A stretch of DNA of 64,000 nucleotides from Nitrosopumilus sp. (lineage in GTDB: Archaea > Thermoproteota > Nitrososphaeria > Nitrososphaerales > Nitrosopumilaceae), in assembly GCA_965218695.1 (NCBI GenBank), contig OZ244651.1:352001-416000 (forward strand), in the 5' to 3' direction. Numbering within the stretch: the stretch's first letter is position 1; the number at the start of each line of letters is the position of its first letter. This document shows positions 50,021 to 60,357 of the stretch, piece after piece. The notes below the pieces were generated by a model. That model searched no databases. It was not told where the DNA came from and was given only the letters and a program-made list of their open reading frames with translations. The translations under genes and the position numbers were made by a program.

Positions 50021-51124
50021 ATGGCAGACAGAATAAAGGTCGGACTGGTCGGTATCGGAAACTGCTTTTCAGGACTGATTCAAGGAATCGAGTACTACAG
50101 AAAGGACCCCTCCCAGGAGGTGATTGGAATTATTCATGATAAACTGGCAGGATATGGAATCTATGACATCGACTTTGTATGCGGGTTTGATGTGGGTGAA
50201 AACAAGATTGGAAAGACCATCAACAGCGCCATATACGAGTACCCGAACATGGTTGACTGGATTCCCAAAGACGAGATGCCTGCAACAGACGCACTGGTCT
50301 ATGAGAGCCCGGTGCTGGACGGGGTTGGACTGTGGGTTGAAAACCGGATCAAGCCAATCGTCAGTAGCAAGACGACTGATCAGATAGCCGAAGAGGTCAA
50401 GCAGATAATTGCCAAGACCGGCGCTGAGATCATCGTATCCTATCTGCCTGTAGGCTCTGACAGGGTGACTGAGTTTTGGGCCCAAATCTGTCTTGATACC
50501 GGCACTGCATTTGTCAACTGCATCCCGTCATTTATTGCCTCAGACGCGGCGTGGGCCAAAAAATTCGAAGAAAAGAACATTCCCTGCATCGGCGATGACA
50601 TCAAGGGACAGGTTGGGGCGACCATCGTCCACCGAACCCTTGCCAAACTCTGCAATGACAGGGGAACCAAGATCGAAAAGACATACCAGATTAATGTCGG
50701 GGGCAACACCGACTTTCTAAACATGAAGGAGCAGGAGAGGCTGATATCAAAAAAGATCTCCAAGACCGAAAGCGTACAGAGCCAGCTTGATAAACGGCTT
50801 GACGACGATCAGATCTATGTGGGGCCCTCTGACTTTATCCCATTCCTGAGGAATACCAAGCTCATGTTTATGAGAATCGAGGGACGCCAGTGGGCAAACA
50901 TCCCCTACAACATGGAGGTCCGCCTGGAGGTAGACGACAAGGCAAACTCTGCAGGAATCGTAATTGACGCCATCAGGCTGGCAAAGATAGCGCTTGACAG
51001 GGGCATTGGCGGGCCAATCAAGTCGGCAAGCGCGTACCTTATGAAACACCCGATAGAGCAGACATCTGATGTTGCAGCAAAGGCAGAATGCGAAAGATTC
51101 GTTGCCAACGAACCCGCTCCGTGA
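50021..51124 (+). CDS. ino1: myo-inositol-1-phosphate synthase
   Basis: GLVGIGNC, SYLPVGS, GDDIKGQVGAT, NVGGNTDF, SKKISKT. Confidence 0.93.
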   Translation: MADRIKVGLVGIGNCFSGLIQGIEYYRKDPSQEVIGIIHDKLAGYGIYDIDFVCGFDVGENKIGKTINSAIYEYPNMVDWIPKDEMPATDALVYESPVLDGVGLWVENRIKPIVSSKTTDQIAEEVKQIIAKTGAEIIVSYLPVGSDRVTEFWAQICLDTGTAFVNCIPSFIASDAAWAKKFEEKNIPCIGDDIKGQVGATIVHRTLAKLCNDRGTKIEKTYQINVGGNTDFLNMKEQERLISKKISKTESVQSQLDKRLDDDQIYVGPSDFIPFLRNTKLMFMRIEGRQWANIPYNMEVRLEVDDKANSAGIVIDAIRLAKIALDRGIGGPIKSASAYLMKHPIEQTSDVAAKAECERFVANEPAP

Positions 51125-51271
51125 CGGCATGCCTGAGGCCACGCGCCTCTACTGGTAGACGCCTGTGTACTGCAGACCGGATCACATCCCCCTCCGGCCG
51201 CGACTCCCGCCGGGAAACGCCTAGGCATGGCTGTGTTTGAAACTTAAGTACCGTCTCTGCCAAGCGATCCA

Positions 51272-53074
51272 GTGAGAAAGGTTGCGATATTGGTGCTGGC
51301 AGCGGCGATATCTGTGCTGTCTGCAGTGGGGTTTGAGGCATACGCCGAACAGGTTCCAACGCCCCTCCAGCAGGCGCGTGATGGCGTGCCCTTCGAGGCG
51401 ATGCAGTGCCGCGACGGCAAGGTGCTGATGGAGTCATCTGGCGGGACGCCTGCATGCGTCAGCGAGTCATCCTCTGCCAAACTTGCAGCAAGGGGCTGGA
51501 AGGCAGCCGCAGAGTTGCAGACCACTCCAGAAATAGCCTACAACGGACACGCCTGCAAGGGCCAACAGGAGATGGTCAATATTGCAAAGTTCGATTCCGG
51601 ACTATTCGACAGGATCGGCGAGATGTTGGAGGCCAACGTCACGGGCAGTTACTCCGTGCTACTCATAGTCTCCGATGTCGACAAGCGGGCAGTGGAGCAG
51701 ATACTGACTGACTGTCACGGCGCCAAGGATGTGGGGGCAGGCGAAACGCTGTCGTTTGTGACTGCCAGCGTGCCGCTTGGGGAAATTCCGACTCTGTCCG
51801 CGTACGATGAGGTGCAACGTATAGGCGCCGGTGAGCTGTTTGTGATTCCGGTAGTCCTAGATGACACGGAAGGAACAACGTGGGTCCAAATTGACCCCGT
51901 ACAGTGTGGCGGCAATCCGTGGGGAGGTGCGTACAGCAGTCCGGACGTGATCAAGGAGTATTATGCAGGTCTGGGCGTGGGCGTAGTCGATCTCAAGACG
52001 GCACACACCCGTCAAGTGGTATGTGCTGCTTGTTCGTGTCCCGCCGGAATAACGCTGTACCTGCAGGTATCTCATGACGATGTCAGGACGATGCTAAGCT
52101 TGGGATTCGCGCCTCCTGACAAACAACCAGACACTCCCAGAAAACCAATGGTCAGCAGTACAGACACAGAAAACACCGGCGACAGGCCGTTTGTCACCAC
52201 ATGGAGGACCATCTCATCAGACGAGTCCATAACCATTTCTGTGGGCAACGCGACTGGCACCTACACGGTAGACTGGGGCGACGGTAGCACCTCGGCCAAC
52301 GCCACTGGAGACCAGAGTCACGCATATTCGGATGCCGGAGAATACACTGTCCGCATATCCGGAGACTTTACGAGGATATTGCTTGGCGAAGATTATGACA
52401 ATGCCTACAAACTCGTATCAATTGAACAGTGGGGCGACATCCAATGGGAGTCTATGGCCTCTGCGTTCAGGGGAGTGGTGTTCACGTCTCATGCTGCCGA
52501 CACTCCGGATCTCTCCAAGGTAGCAGACATGAGCGGCATGCTACAAGATTCTGATTTCAATGGCGACCTCTCAGGCTGGGACGTCTCGAGTACAGAAAGC
52601 ATGCACGGGATGTTCAACCGCGCCTCGTCCTTCAACGGCGACCTCTCAGGCTGGGACGTCTCGAGTACAGAAAGCATGCACGGGATGTTCAACCGCGCCT
52701 CGTCCTTCAACGGCGACCTCTCAGGCTGGGACGTCTCGAACGTGGAACACATGGCCGGTATGTTCAACCGCGCCTCGTCCTTTGTTCAGAACTTGGGCAA
52801 TTGGTACATCGTGTTTGACCGCACCACAATCGGTGATCCCACCGGAATTATCGGGAGGATGTCTGCACAAAACAGTCATCTGGATAGTCAAGGTCCAATA
52901 TATGACATCGGTTCAGGCGGCGATTCTGACTACTTTGAGATCGTCGACGGCGACATGCTCAGGATGAAGGATGCTGCAGACGTCTCAAAAGAGCCATCGT
53001 ACACGGTCAACATCACATCTGCTGGAGGGTATGGCACTGGGAACTTTCGTGTGTTTGAAATAACCGTACGCTGA
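51272..53074 (+). CDS. Secreted BspA/DUF285-repeat surface protein with a PKD-like domain
   Basis: Signal peptide, PLQQ...PACV...RGW module, VDWGDG, FNGDLSGWDVS repeats. Confidence 0.88.
   Translation: MRKVAILVLAAAISVLSAVGFEAYAEQVPTPLQQARDGVPFEAMQCRDGKVLMESSGGTPACVSESSSAKLAARGWKAAAELQTTPEIAYNGHACKGQQEMVNIAKFDSGLFDRIGEMLEANVTGSYSVLLIVSDVDKRAVEQILTDCHGAKDVGAGETLSFVTASVPLGEIPTLSAYDEVQRIGAGELFVIPVVLDDTEGTTWVQIDPVQCGGNPWGGAYSSPDVIKEYYAGLGVGVVDLKTAHTRQVVCAACSCPAGITLYLQVSHDDVRTMLSLGFAPPDKQPDTPRKPMVSSTDTENTGDRPFVTTWRTISSDESITISVGNATGTYTVDWGDGSTSANATGDQSHAYSDAGEYTVRISGDFTRILLGEDYDNAYKLVSIEQWGDIQWESMASAFRGVVFTSHAADTPDLSKVADMSGMLQDSDFNGDLSGWDVSSTESMHGMFNRASSFNGDLSGWDVSSTESMHGMFNRASSFNGDLSGWDVSNVEHMAGMFNRASSFVQNLGNWYIVFDRTTIGDPTGIIGRMSAQNSHLDSQGPIYDIGSGGDSDYFEIVDGDMLRMKDAADVSKEPSYTVNITSAGGYGTGNFRVFEITVR
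52556..52782 (+). repeat. 75-bp tandem repeat (3 copies) encoding DUF285 units
   Basis: GGCGACCTCTCAGGCTGGGACGTCTCGA at 52562, 52637 and 52712. Confidence 0.92.
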
Positions 53075-53290
53075 CGTGCACGAGTTGCAATCTTTCCAGG
53101 CGCCTGACGTCAAGCGTGTTTGACTTTTGGGTTATGGGAACCCATCCATCATCGTTTAAGAACAGCATGGTATAATTACATCCAATGCGGCCACAAAACC
53201 ATATGGATAATGACACGTTCCAATATTCGCCGAAACATATTCTGTCATCTAGTCAATTAAACTTGTCAGTCACTAATTATTCCATATTAT

Positions 53291-56200
53291 GTGGGTGTAT
53301 CCTTATTGGTTCATATTAAAAAAGTAGAGATCTTCGGATTCAAGTCGTTTGGATTTCGAAACACCACCGTCCAGTTTGAACCCGGACTCGTCTCCATCTC
53401 GGGCCCAAACGGCTCCGGCAAGAGCAACATTCTGGATGCCATAATCTTTGCCATGGGCGAGAACAAGCCCAGAATTATGAGGGTTGACCGGCTGCGATCG
53501 CTGATCCATGATATCGACGGAAACCGGCGCGGCCCCAAGATGGCACGATCCAGCGTTCACTTTGACAACTCTGACCGAAAGATCCCTGTGGACTCTGATG
53601 CAGTCGAGATAACAAGGGAGATGGACATAAACGGCGAGAACACGTACTATCTCAACAGAAAAAAGACAAACAGAAGCCATATCCTTGACCTTTTGGACAT
53701 GGCAGATGCGGGACTGGGACAGCTTAACGCCATCCAGCAGGGGACGGTGACTCGAATCTCGGAGTTTACCTCTGATGAGAAGAGAAAGGCGATCGAGGAT
53801 CTGATAGGCCTGTCGTACTTTGATGAGAAGAAGAAGGAGGCAGTAGATCAGCTTGACACGGCTGACCGGAGGCTTCAGATTGCCCTGGCCAAGATGGATG
53901 AGGTCAAAAAGAGGATAGACGAGCTGGACGAGGAGCGAAACCAGATGCTTCGTCACGACCTGCTGGCAAGGGAGATCGACCGGTACAGGGCCGTGTCTGC
54001 TGCCAACAGAATCAGGACAATCTCAGACCAAAAGTCTGCCAAGGCCGAATCCCTCGGCCAAACCGCAGAGAGGATATCGTTCCTACGTGACAGGCAGAAT
54101 ACCCTGCGCGCCGAGATGGACTCACTTGAGGCCCAGAAGGCAGAGATGATGACTGCAGCAGACGACTACAGCAGGGCAAAGTCATCCCTTGACACGAAGA
54201 TAAGCACTGCCCGGGAACGGTACGAGGCTGACAGCGGCGCTGTGGGTACTGCCAAAAGGAGGATTGCGCAGATAAACTCCCGGACCCCTGAAATCAAGAC
54301 CGAGCTTGAAGAGATCAGCCGCGCCAAGGCCGGCCTTGAGGCCAAGATCCAAGATGCCCGCGGATCCATCGACGAGATCACCGCCCAGACCCGCAAAGCC
54401 GACGAGGCCCTCAAGGCGATAGACCCGCAGAGGAACATGATTCTTGGCCGCCAGTCCGCAGCTGCTGCCAAAAAATCCAAGACCGATGAGAAGATCAAGG
54501 GCCTGACGGCGCAACTAAACCAGGAGAGACTGCGCCTCTCCAAGATCACCTACGAGTGCGACGAATCCGACAAAAGAGTCACCGCAAATCTTGCCAAACT
54601 GGACAGCATGGGGAAGGCAATCTCTGAGCTGACTGCCAGCAAGCTCCAACTGGAATCCATGATGAGGAGCCATAACGGGACGATCCAGGGGCACAAATCC
54701 CGCATTGAAGAGTTGGGCAGTACAAGGTCAAGGGTGAGCCGGGACATGGAGGATCTGGGAATGATACTGGAGAAATCCAACAAGGCTGCAATCCAGTACG
54801 AGTCAAAGATCAAGATGATCCGGAGGCTGATGCATGAGGACTATACCGTTGCGCAACTCAAGGCCGACGCATCCAGGCTGGGCATCGAGGGCCTGGTCTA
54901 TGAGATGATCACCTGGGACAAAAAGTACGAACGCCCGGTCCTTGCAGTCGGCTCTGACTGGATCAAGGCCATCGTGGTAAACGATTTTGCAACCCTGCTT
55001 GGAATTGCCGAGGTCGCAAAGAGCAGAAAGCTTCCAAAACTCAAGATCATCCCGCTGGATGCTATCCCAAAACTTGATTTTGAGCCTCCCAAAAGACCCG
55101 GGGTCCTGGGAGTCCTTGCCGACCATGTCAGGTGCGATGATGCGCATTCCGCACTCAAGACCCTCCTCTTTGGGAACGTGGTTCTGACCGACGGCAGGGA
55201 TTCTGCCTTTGCCCTCTCGCAGGAGGGATACAAGGCAGTGACCCTGGACGGGGAATACTTTGAGGCAGACAACGGGGCAGTAGTAATCGAGATAAACTCC
55301 AAGATCTCAAAACTGACCAAGCTGATATCCATGAGCAGCGACATAGACGGCCTCTTCGAGTCCATCGGGCTGATCAAGAGGTACCTGGACAGAAAGAGGC
55401 GCCATCTGAAGAGGCTTGAAGGATCCACCCAGTCAAGCACGGAGAACCTCTCGACGTCTGAGGCCTCCCTTGCCGCCATCCGCGAGAACCACTCCCACCT
55501 CCGGTCCGGCATCCCCTCCAAGATCGAGGCAAAAAAGACGCTCGAGGAGCAGACCTCCAAGATGCGATCCCGGATATCTGCTGCCGCATCCGAGATGTCT
55601 GCCTGCAAGTCACGCATCGACTCCCTGCAAAAGGGAGTCTCCCTGGCAGAAGAGGATTATGCAGGAGGCCAGCAGGCACTGATTGCCACCGAGCTTGCCG
55701 AGATCAACAAAAAGAAGATGGCCGCAGAGCAGATCCGCACCCAGATATCCGGACTACACCGCGAAGAGTCCTCCCGGCTGGCAGCGCTTCAGGACCAGGC
55801 AGGCCGAGAAACATCAAAGTCCGGCGTTCTGGAATCTGAGGCAGAATCCCTGGCATCGGAACTGCAGGATCTGCATGAGAAGGTCCAAAAACTGGAGGCC
55901 GGCATGGCCTCAGAGAACGAGGTCCTCGTAGGACTCAGGGAACAGGAGCAGAACCTCATCGCCACGTCCGGCTCGTCAATAGGCAGGCTAAAAGAGTATG
56001 ACGACCAGATCAAGGCGCTCCTGGCAGACGAGCAGGGCGTGTCCCGGGAGGCTGCCACGCTGGAGCGCCGCTCAGACTCCCTGGAGCGTGATCTGCAGGA
56101 GCTGACCGAGGCAGAGGCCGACCTGCAAAAGATCCTTGATGCGTTCGGGCTAGACCGAAACGCAGAAGTCTTTGATGTCGGCCCGGTCCTTGAGGGGCTT

Positions 56201-56827
56201 GAGGCAGAGATCGGCTCCCTTACGGCACTGAACGCAAAGGCCCCCGAGACGTACCTTGCAGTCACAGACGGATACCGCTCCATGTCGGCAAGAAAGAACT
56301 CCCTCGAGGAGGAGCGAAACTCGATAGTCGCCTTCATCGAGAACGTCGAGAGGGACAAGCGCCAGACGTTCCTTGACGCCTTTGACCTGGTGGACAGGGA
56401 GATCCGCCTGATCTTCAACAAGATGACCGGCGGAAACGCGTGGATGGAGCTGCAAAACGAGGACGACATATTCAGCTCCGGCATCTCGTACCTAATCCAG
56501 TTCCCGAACAAGCCAAAGAGGGAGTCCACCTCGATCAGCGGCGGCGAGAAGACGCTTGCCGCCATCGTCTTTGTGCTGGCGCTTCAAAAACTCAAGCCGT
56601 CGCCGTTCTACCTGCTGGACGAAGTCGATGCGCACCTTGATGCGCCAAACTCCGAGAGGCTCTCAAAGATACTCGAGGAGAGATCCCGCAAGAGCCAGTT
56701 CATCATGGTCTCCCTCAAGGACTCCGTTGTCCAGAAGGCGGGGCTGATCTACGGCGTCTTCCCAAAGAACGGCGTCTCCCACGTGGTCGTCTACAAGGAC
56801 AAGCGCGCGCCGTCTGTCCGGGCCTAA
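53291..56827 (+). CDS. smc: Chromosome segregation protein SMC
   Basis: GFKSF, GPNGSGKSN, long coiled coils with hinge, SGGEK, LLDEVDAHLD. Confidence 0.96.
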   Translation: MGVSLLVHIKKVEIFGFKSFGFRNTTVQFEPGLVSISGPNGSGKSNILDAIIFAMGENKPRIMRVDRLRSLIHDIDGNRRGPKMARSSVHFDNSDRKIPVDSDAVEITREMDINGENTYYLNRKKTNRSHILDLLDMADAGLGQLNAIQQGTVTRISEFTSDEKRKAIEDLIGLSYFDEKKKEAVDQLDTADRRLQIALAKMDEVKKRIDELDEERNQMLRHDLLAREIDRYRAVSAANRIRTISDQKSAKAESLGQTAERISFLRDRQNTLRAEMDSLEAQKAEMMTAADDYSRAKSSLDTKISTARERYEADSGAVGTAKRRIAQINSRTPEIKTELEEISRAKAGLEAKIQDARGSIDEITAQTRKADEALKAIDPQRNMILGRQSAAAAKKSKTDEKIKGLTAQLNQERLRLSKITYECDESDKRVTANLAKLDSMGKAISELTASKLQLESMMRSHNGTIQGHKSRIEELGSTRSRVSRDMEDLGMILEKSNKAAIQYESKIKMIRRLMHEDYTVAQLKADASRLGIEGLVYEMITWDKKYERPVLAVGSDWIKAIVVNDFATLLGIAEVAKSRKLPKLKIIPLDAIPKLDFEPPKRPGVLGVLADHVRCDDAHSALKTLLFGNVVLTDGRDSAFALSQEGYKAVTLDGEYFEADNGAVVIEINSKISKLTKLISMSSDIDGLFESIGLIKRYLDRKRRHLKRLEGSTQSSTENLSTSEASLAAIRENHSHLRSGIPSKIEAKKTLEEQTSKMRSRISAAASEMSACKSRIDSLQKGVSLAEEDYAGGQQALIATELAEINKKKMAAEQIRTQISGLHREESSRLAALQDQAGRETSKSGVLESEAESLASELQDLHEKVQKLEAGMASENEVLVGLREQEQNLIATSGSSIGRLKEYDDQIKALLADEQGVSREAATLERRSDSLERDLQELTEAEADLQKILDAFGLDRNAEVFDVGPVLEGLEAEIGSLTALNAKAPETYLAVTDGYRSMSARKNSLEEERNSIVAFIENVERDKRQTFLDAFDLVDREIRLIFNKMTGGNAWMELQNEDDIFSSGISYLIQFPNKPKRESTSISGGEKTLAAIVFVLALQKLKPSPFYLLDEVDAHLDAPNSERLSKILEERSRKSQFIMVSLKDSVVQKAGLIYGVFPKNGVSHVVVYKDKRAPSVRA

Positions 56828-57807
56828 TCCAGATCCACGTAGCATGCAGCAAGGTGGCCGCCTTCTGTCCTCTCCAGGTCAGGCTCCTTGACGCACTTTT
56901 CCATCGCATATGGACACCTTGACCTGAACCTGCATCCTCCAGACACGCCTGCCTCCGGGGGCTCCGTGATCCTGATCCTCTTCTCCCGGTGCCGGTTCTC
57001 GGGATCGGGATCCGATATTGCGTCGATCAGGGCCTGCGTGTACGGGTGCCTGGGACTTAGCAGCACCCTGTCTATGGGCCCCATCTCCACGATCCTGCCC
57101 CTGTACAGGATGCCGATGTCCTGCCCGAAATACCTGGCAGTCGCAAGGTCGTGCGTAATGTATATGAACGATATCTTGTGCTCCTCCTGTAGCTGGCGCA
57201 TCAGCTCGAGCATCTCTATCCTGATGGAGACATCCAGCATCGAGACCGGCTCGTCTGCAATGATCACCTTGGGCTTTAGCGCCAGCGCCCTTGCCAGCAC
57301 GACCCTCTGCCTCTGCCCGCCTGAGAGCATGTGGGGGTACTTTGCCATGACATCCTCCACCGGCGCCAATCTCACCTCCCGGAGCACCTGGACCACCCTC
57401 CGGTGCCGCTCCTTGCTGTCCCCAATCTTGTGGATCTCAAGCGGCTCTGCCACTATGCTGCCCACCTTCATCCTGGGATTGATGGAGTCGTACGGGTCCT
57501 GGTGGACCATCTGGCAGCCCATCCTGATCTCCTCCAGGCCCTTATGGGTGTGCCGGACTGCATTGCCGTCAAAGAAGACATCCCCCGAGTCAGGCTGCAG
57601 CGATCCCAGTATCAGGCGCGCTATGGTGGACTTTCCCGAACCGGACTCGCCTGCCAGCACCAGCACCTTTCCGTCCTCGAGCGTAAACGATACGTCATCG
57701 ACTGCCCTGATCTCAGGAGTGGCAGAGCCAAATATTCCCCGCTTGACAAAATACTTCTTTAGATGCTCAACCTTTAGAATCTCGCCCAACACCACTAATC
57801 CTGACAT
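56824..57807 (-). CDS. Oligopeptide/dipeptide ABC transporter ATP-binding protein
   Basis: GESGSGKST, LSGGQRQR, ADEP, HPYT, GCRFRSRC. Confidence 0.93.
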   Translation of the reverse strand: MSGLVVLGEILKVEHLKKYFVKRGIFGSATPEIRAVDDVSFTLEDGKVLVLAGESGSGKSTIARLILGSLQPDSGDVFFDGNAVRHTHKGLEEIRMGCQMVHQDPYDSINPRMKVGSIVAEPLEIHKIGDSKERHRRVVQVLREVRLAPVEDVMAKYPHMLSGGQRQRVVLARALALKPKVIIADEPVSMLDVSIRIEMLELMRQLQEEHKISFIYITHDLATARYFGQDIGILYRGRIVEMGPIDRVLLSPRHPYTQALIDAISDPDPENRHREKRIRITEPPEAGVSGGCRFRSRCPYAMEKCVKEPDLERTEGGHLAACYVDLD

Positions 57808-57835
57808 TCCCGTATATCAAGAGAATGGTCAGATG

Positions 57836-57912
<77 letters not shown>

Positions 57913-57966
57913 TCCCGGCCATTCCCGTAACAAGGAATTTATGTAAAGCAGAAAGCGCCCTAGTAC

Positions 57967-59010
57967 TTGAATGTGACAACCCAGAAGAAAAGGTACAAAA
58001 AATACGTCGTGGACTCGCGACTCCGTTACTTCAAGCCGCACTCGACTAAGATAACACGGACGTTTGCCCAGGAGGCCTCGTCGGGACTAAAGGACGCACC
58101 AAGGTCAATCCCGCCGATGTTCTTTTACGACCTAAAGGGCTCGGATATCTTCGAGGAGATATGCGCCCTGCCAGAATACTACGTCACCCGGACCGAGATC
58201 GGCATACTGGCCGGACTCCAAAAGGACCTGCAGTCGTACATCGACGGCCAGGTCAGGGTCGTGGAGCTTGGCAGCGGCATGTCCGTCAAGACCCGGACGA
58301 TCCTTGATGCCGTCGCCGGCATGCAAGACGTCGTGGAGTACATTCCAATCGACGTCTCTGACATCCTTGCAGAAAGTTCCGAGCAGCTGCTGCGTGACTA
58401 TGACTGCCTGAGCATCACCGGAATCATCGACACCTACGAGGGGGGGCTGGAGTTTCTCAGGGACTATGGTGGCAAGAGGAACCTCATACTGTTTCTCGGC
58501 TCCAGCTTTGGAAACTTTTCACCCGAGGACGGGGAAAGATTCCTGCGCTACGTAGGCCGCATGATGCGGCCCGGGGATCTCTTCATGATCGGGCTGGACC
58601 TTGTAAAGGACAAAAGTGTGCTAGAGTCTGCGTACGACGACTCCCAGGGGGTGACTGCCCGGTTCAACCTCAACATGCTCTCCCGAATAAACGACGAGCT
58701 TGACGCCGACTTTGACCTGCAAAACTTTGCCCACCACTCAGTCTACAACGAAAAAGAGCAGAGAATCGAGATGTACCTCAAGTCGCTCCTCAACCAGTCC
58801 GTGGTCATCTCAGAGTGCGGCCTGAAGACTAATCTCAAAAAGGGCGAACTAATCCACACCGAATACTCCCACAAGTTCACGCTACCGCAGATCAGGCGGC
58901 TCCTCGAGGGTGCCGGATTTCAGGTTAGGCGCGTATGGCTTGACGACAACCGGTACTTTTCAGTCACCCTGGCATCCAAGCTGCCACTACCCGGCGCACC
59001 TGAACCCTGA
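57967..59010 (+). CDS. egtD: L-histidine N-alpha-methyltransferase (ergothioneine synthesis)
   Basis: FFYD..GS..FEEIC.LPEYY.TRTE, ELGSG, AYDDSQGVTARFN, IHTEYSHKF. Confidence 0.93.
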   Translation: MNVTTQKKRYKKYVVDSRLRYFKPHSTKITRTFAQEASSGLKDAPRSIPPMFFYDLKGSDIFEEICALPEYYVTRTEIGILAGLQKDLQSYIDGQVRVVELGSGMSVKTRTILDAVAGMQDVVEYIPIDVSDILAESSEQLLRDYDCLSITGIIDTYEGGLEFLRDYGGKRNLILFLGSSFGNFSPEDGERFLRYVGRMMRPGDLFMIGLDLVKDKSVLESAYDDSQGVTARFNLNMLSRINDELDADFDLQNFAHHSVYNEKEQRIEMYLKSLLNQSVVISECGLKTNLKKGELIHTEYSHKFTLPQIRRLLEGAGFQVRRVWLDDNRYFSVTLASKLPLPGAPEP

Positions 59011-60294
59011 CATCAGCCACCGCTCGTCCAGCCTGAAAAAGTTCCTGTAGCTTGCCCTGATGGAGTCGCTGGGGGTGCCAAACGAGCCCCCCCTCAGAAC
59101 CTTCTGGTTTGTAAACCACTTGTCGTTGTACTCGTCAAACCCCGACTTGAATCCAGGATACCCAGTAAACTCAGACGAGGTCCACTCCCACACGTCCCCA
59201 ATCATCTGCTGGCATCCGTAGTGGCTGGCGCCGCTCCTCCCGTACGCGCCTGCCTCTGCGCATCCCCATATGTACGACTCCAGCAGGTTGCACCGCTCTG
59301 GGGTGGGCGCCTGGTTCCCCCACGGGTATGCAGTCTTTGCCTGCGCCTTCTCGCTCCAGCATGCAGCCTTCTCCCACTCGGCCTCGGTGGGCAGCCTTCT
59401 CCCTGCCCACTTGCAGTACGCGCCTGCCTCGTAAAAACTGACATGGCACACCGGCTCGTCCGGGTTGATACTCCTGATTCCGCGAAAATCCCTCACGCTC
59501 CACTGGCCGCCGATCTTCTCCCAGTACATCGGGGCGCCCCATCCATTCCCCTTGACCTTCTCCCATCCGTCTGAGAGCCAGTACTTGTACGTCTCGTATC
59601 CGCCGTCCTCTACAAACTCCAGAAACTGCCTGTTTGTCACCGGAAGGACATCAATGGCGTACTCCTCCAGGTATACCTTGTGCTCGGGCAGCTCTATGTC
59701 ATAGCAGTAGCCGTCCCCCCCGTACCCCATGGTGTAGATGCCTCCGCCGATCCGCACCGAGCCTGCCTGCACGCTGCCTGCCTTGGGGGCGCTGCCTCTT
59801 CTTGCCGGCCTGTACTGCTCTGCCAGGAGGTGCTGCAGGTCGTAGACTAGCAGCTCCTGGTGCTGGCATTCGTGGTGGAATCCCATGGTGATCAGCCTGG
59901 CCCCGTCCTCGTCCATGTCGTGCGTCCGGATGAAATCCTCGACCCTCTTGGTAACCATCCCAAAGTATTCAAAGATCTGCTCTGTCGTGGGCCTTGAGAT
60001 GACGCCGCGCAGCCCCTTGTCGTGCGGAACCCCGAACTGCTGATAGTACGAATTAAGGTACTCTGAAAACTCCTCTGAATAAAACTCATAGCCTGAATCC
60101 AGCTTGCTCATGATGGCCTCGTAGATCCAGCTGACGTGGCCCACGTGCCACTTTGGGGGGCTCATAAATACGGCAGTCTGCACCACAAAGTCGTCCTTTT
60201 CCAGCGTCTTTACAAGTTCCAGCGTCCTCTGCCTTGTCCTCATGAACATGTCCAGGAGGGATCTCCTGTCCTGTAGCATGGTGCTGCCTGCCAA
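58987..60294 (-). CDS. egtB: Ergothioneine biosynthesis sulfoxide synthase
   Basis: SPPKWHVGH, HECQHQE, FGE-like domain (RLPTEAEWE, GDVWEWT, YRNFF, GFRCA). Confidence 0.93.
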   Translation of the reverse strand: MAGSTMLQDRRSLLDMFMRTRQRTLELVKTLEKDDFVVQTAVFMSPPKWHVGHVSWIYEAIMSKLDSGYEFYSEEFSEYLNSYYQQFGVPHDKGLRGVISRPTTEQIFEYFGMVTKRVEDFIRTHDMDEDGARLITMGFHHECQHQELLVYDLQHLLAEQYRPARRGSAPKAGSVQAGSVRIGGGIYTMGYGGDGYCYDIELPEHKVYLEEYAIDVLPVTNRQFLEFVEDGGYETYKYWLSDGWEKVKGNGWGAPMYWEKIGGQWSVRDFRGIRSINPDEPVCHVSFYEAGAYCKWAGRRLPTEAEWEKAACWSEKAQAKTAYPWGNQAPTPERCNLLESYIWGCAEAGAYGRSGASHYGCQQMIGDVWEWTSSEFTGYPGFKSGFDEYNDKWFTNQKVLRGGSFGTPSDSIRASYRNFFRLDERWLMSGFRCAG

Positions 60295-60357
60295 CGTTCT
60301 TCCCCCAAGCAGATCCCTTATTATATCTGATCTCGGGCCCCGTCGGCTGCCGAATAC

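Noticed and set aside
51128-51229. Possible MITE bounded by CATGCCT...AGGCATG
   Set aside because: Short inverted repeat, no TSD and no second copy in the window.
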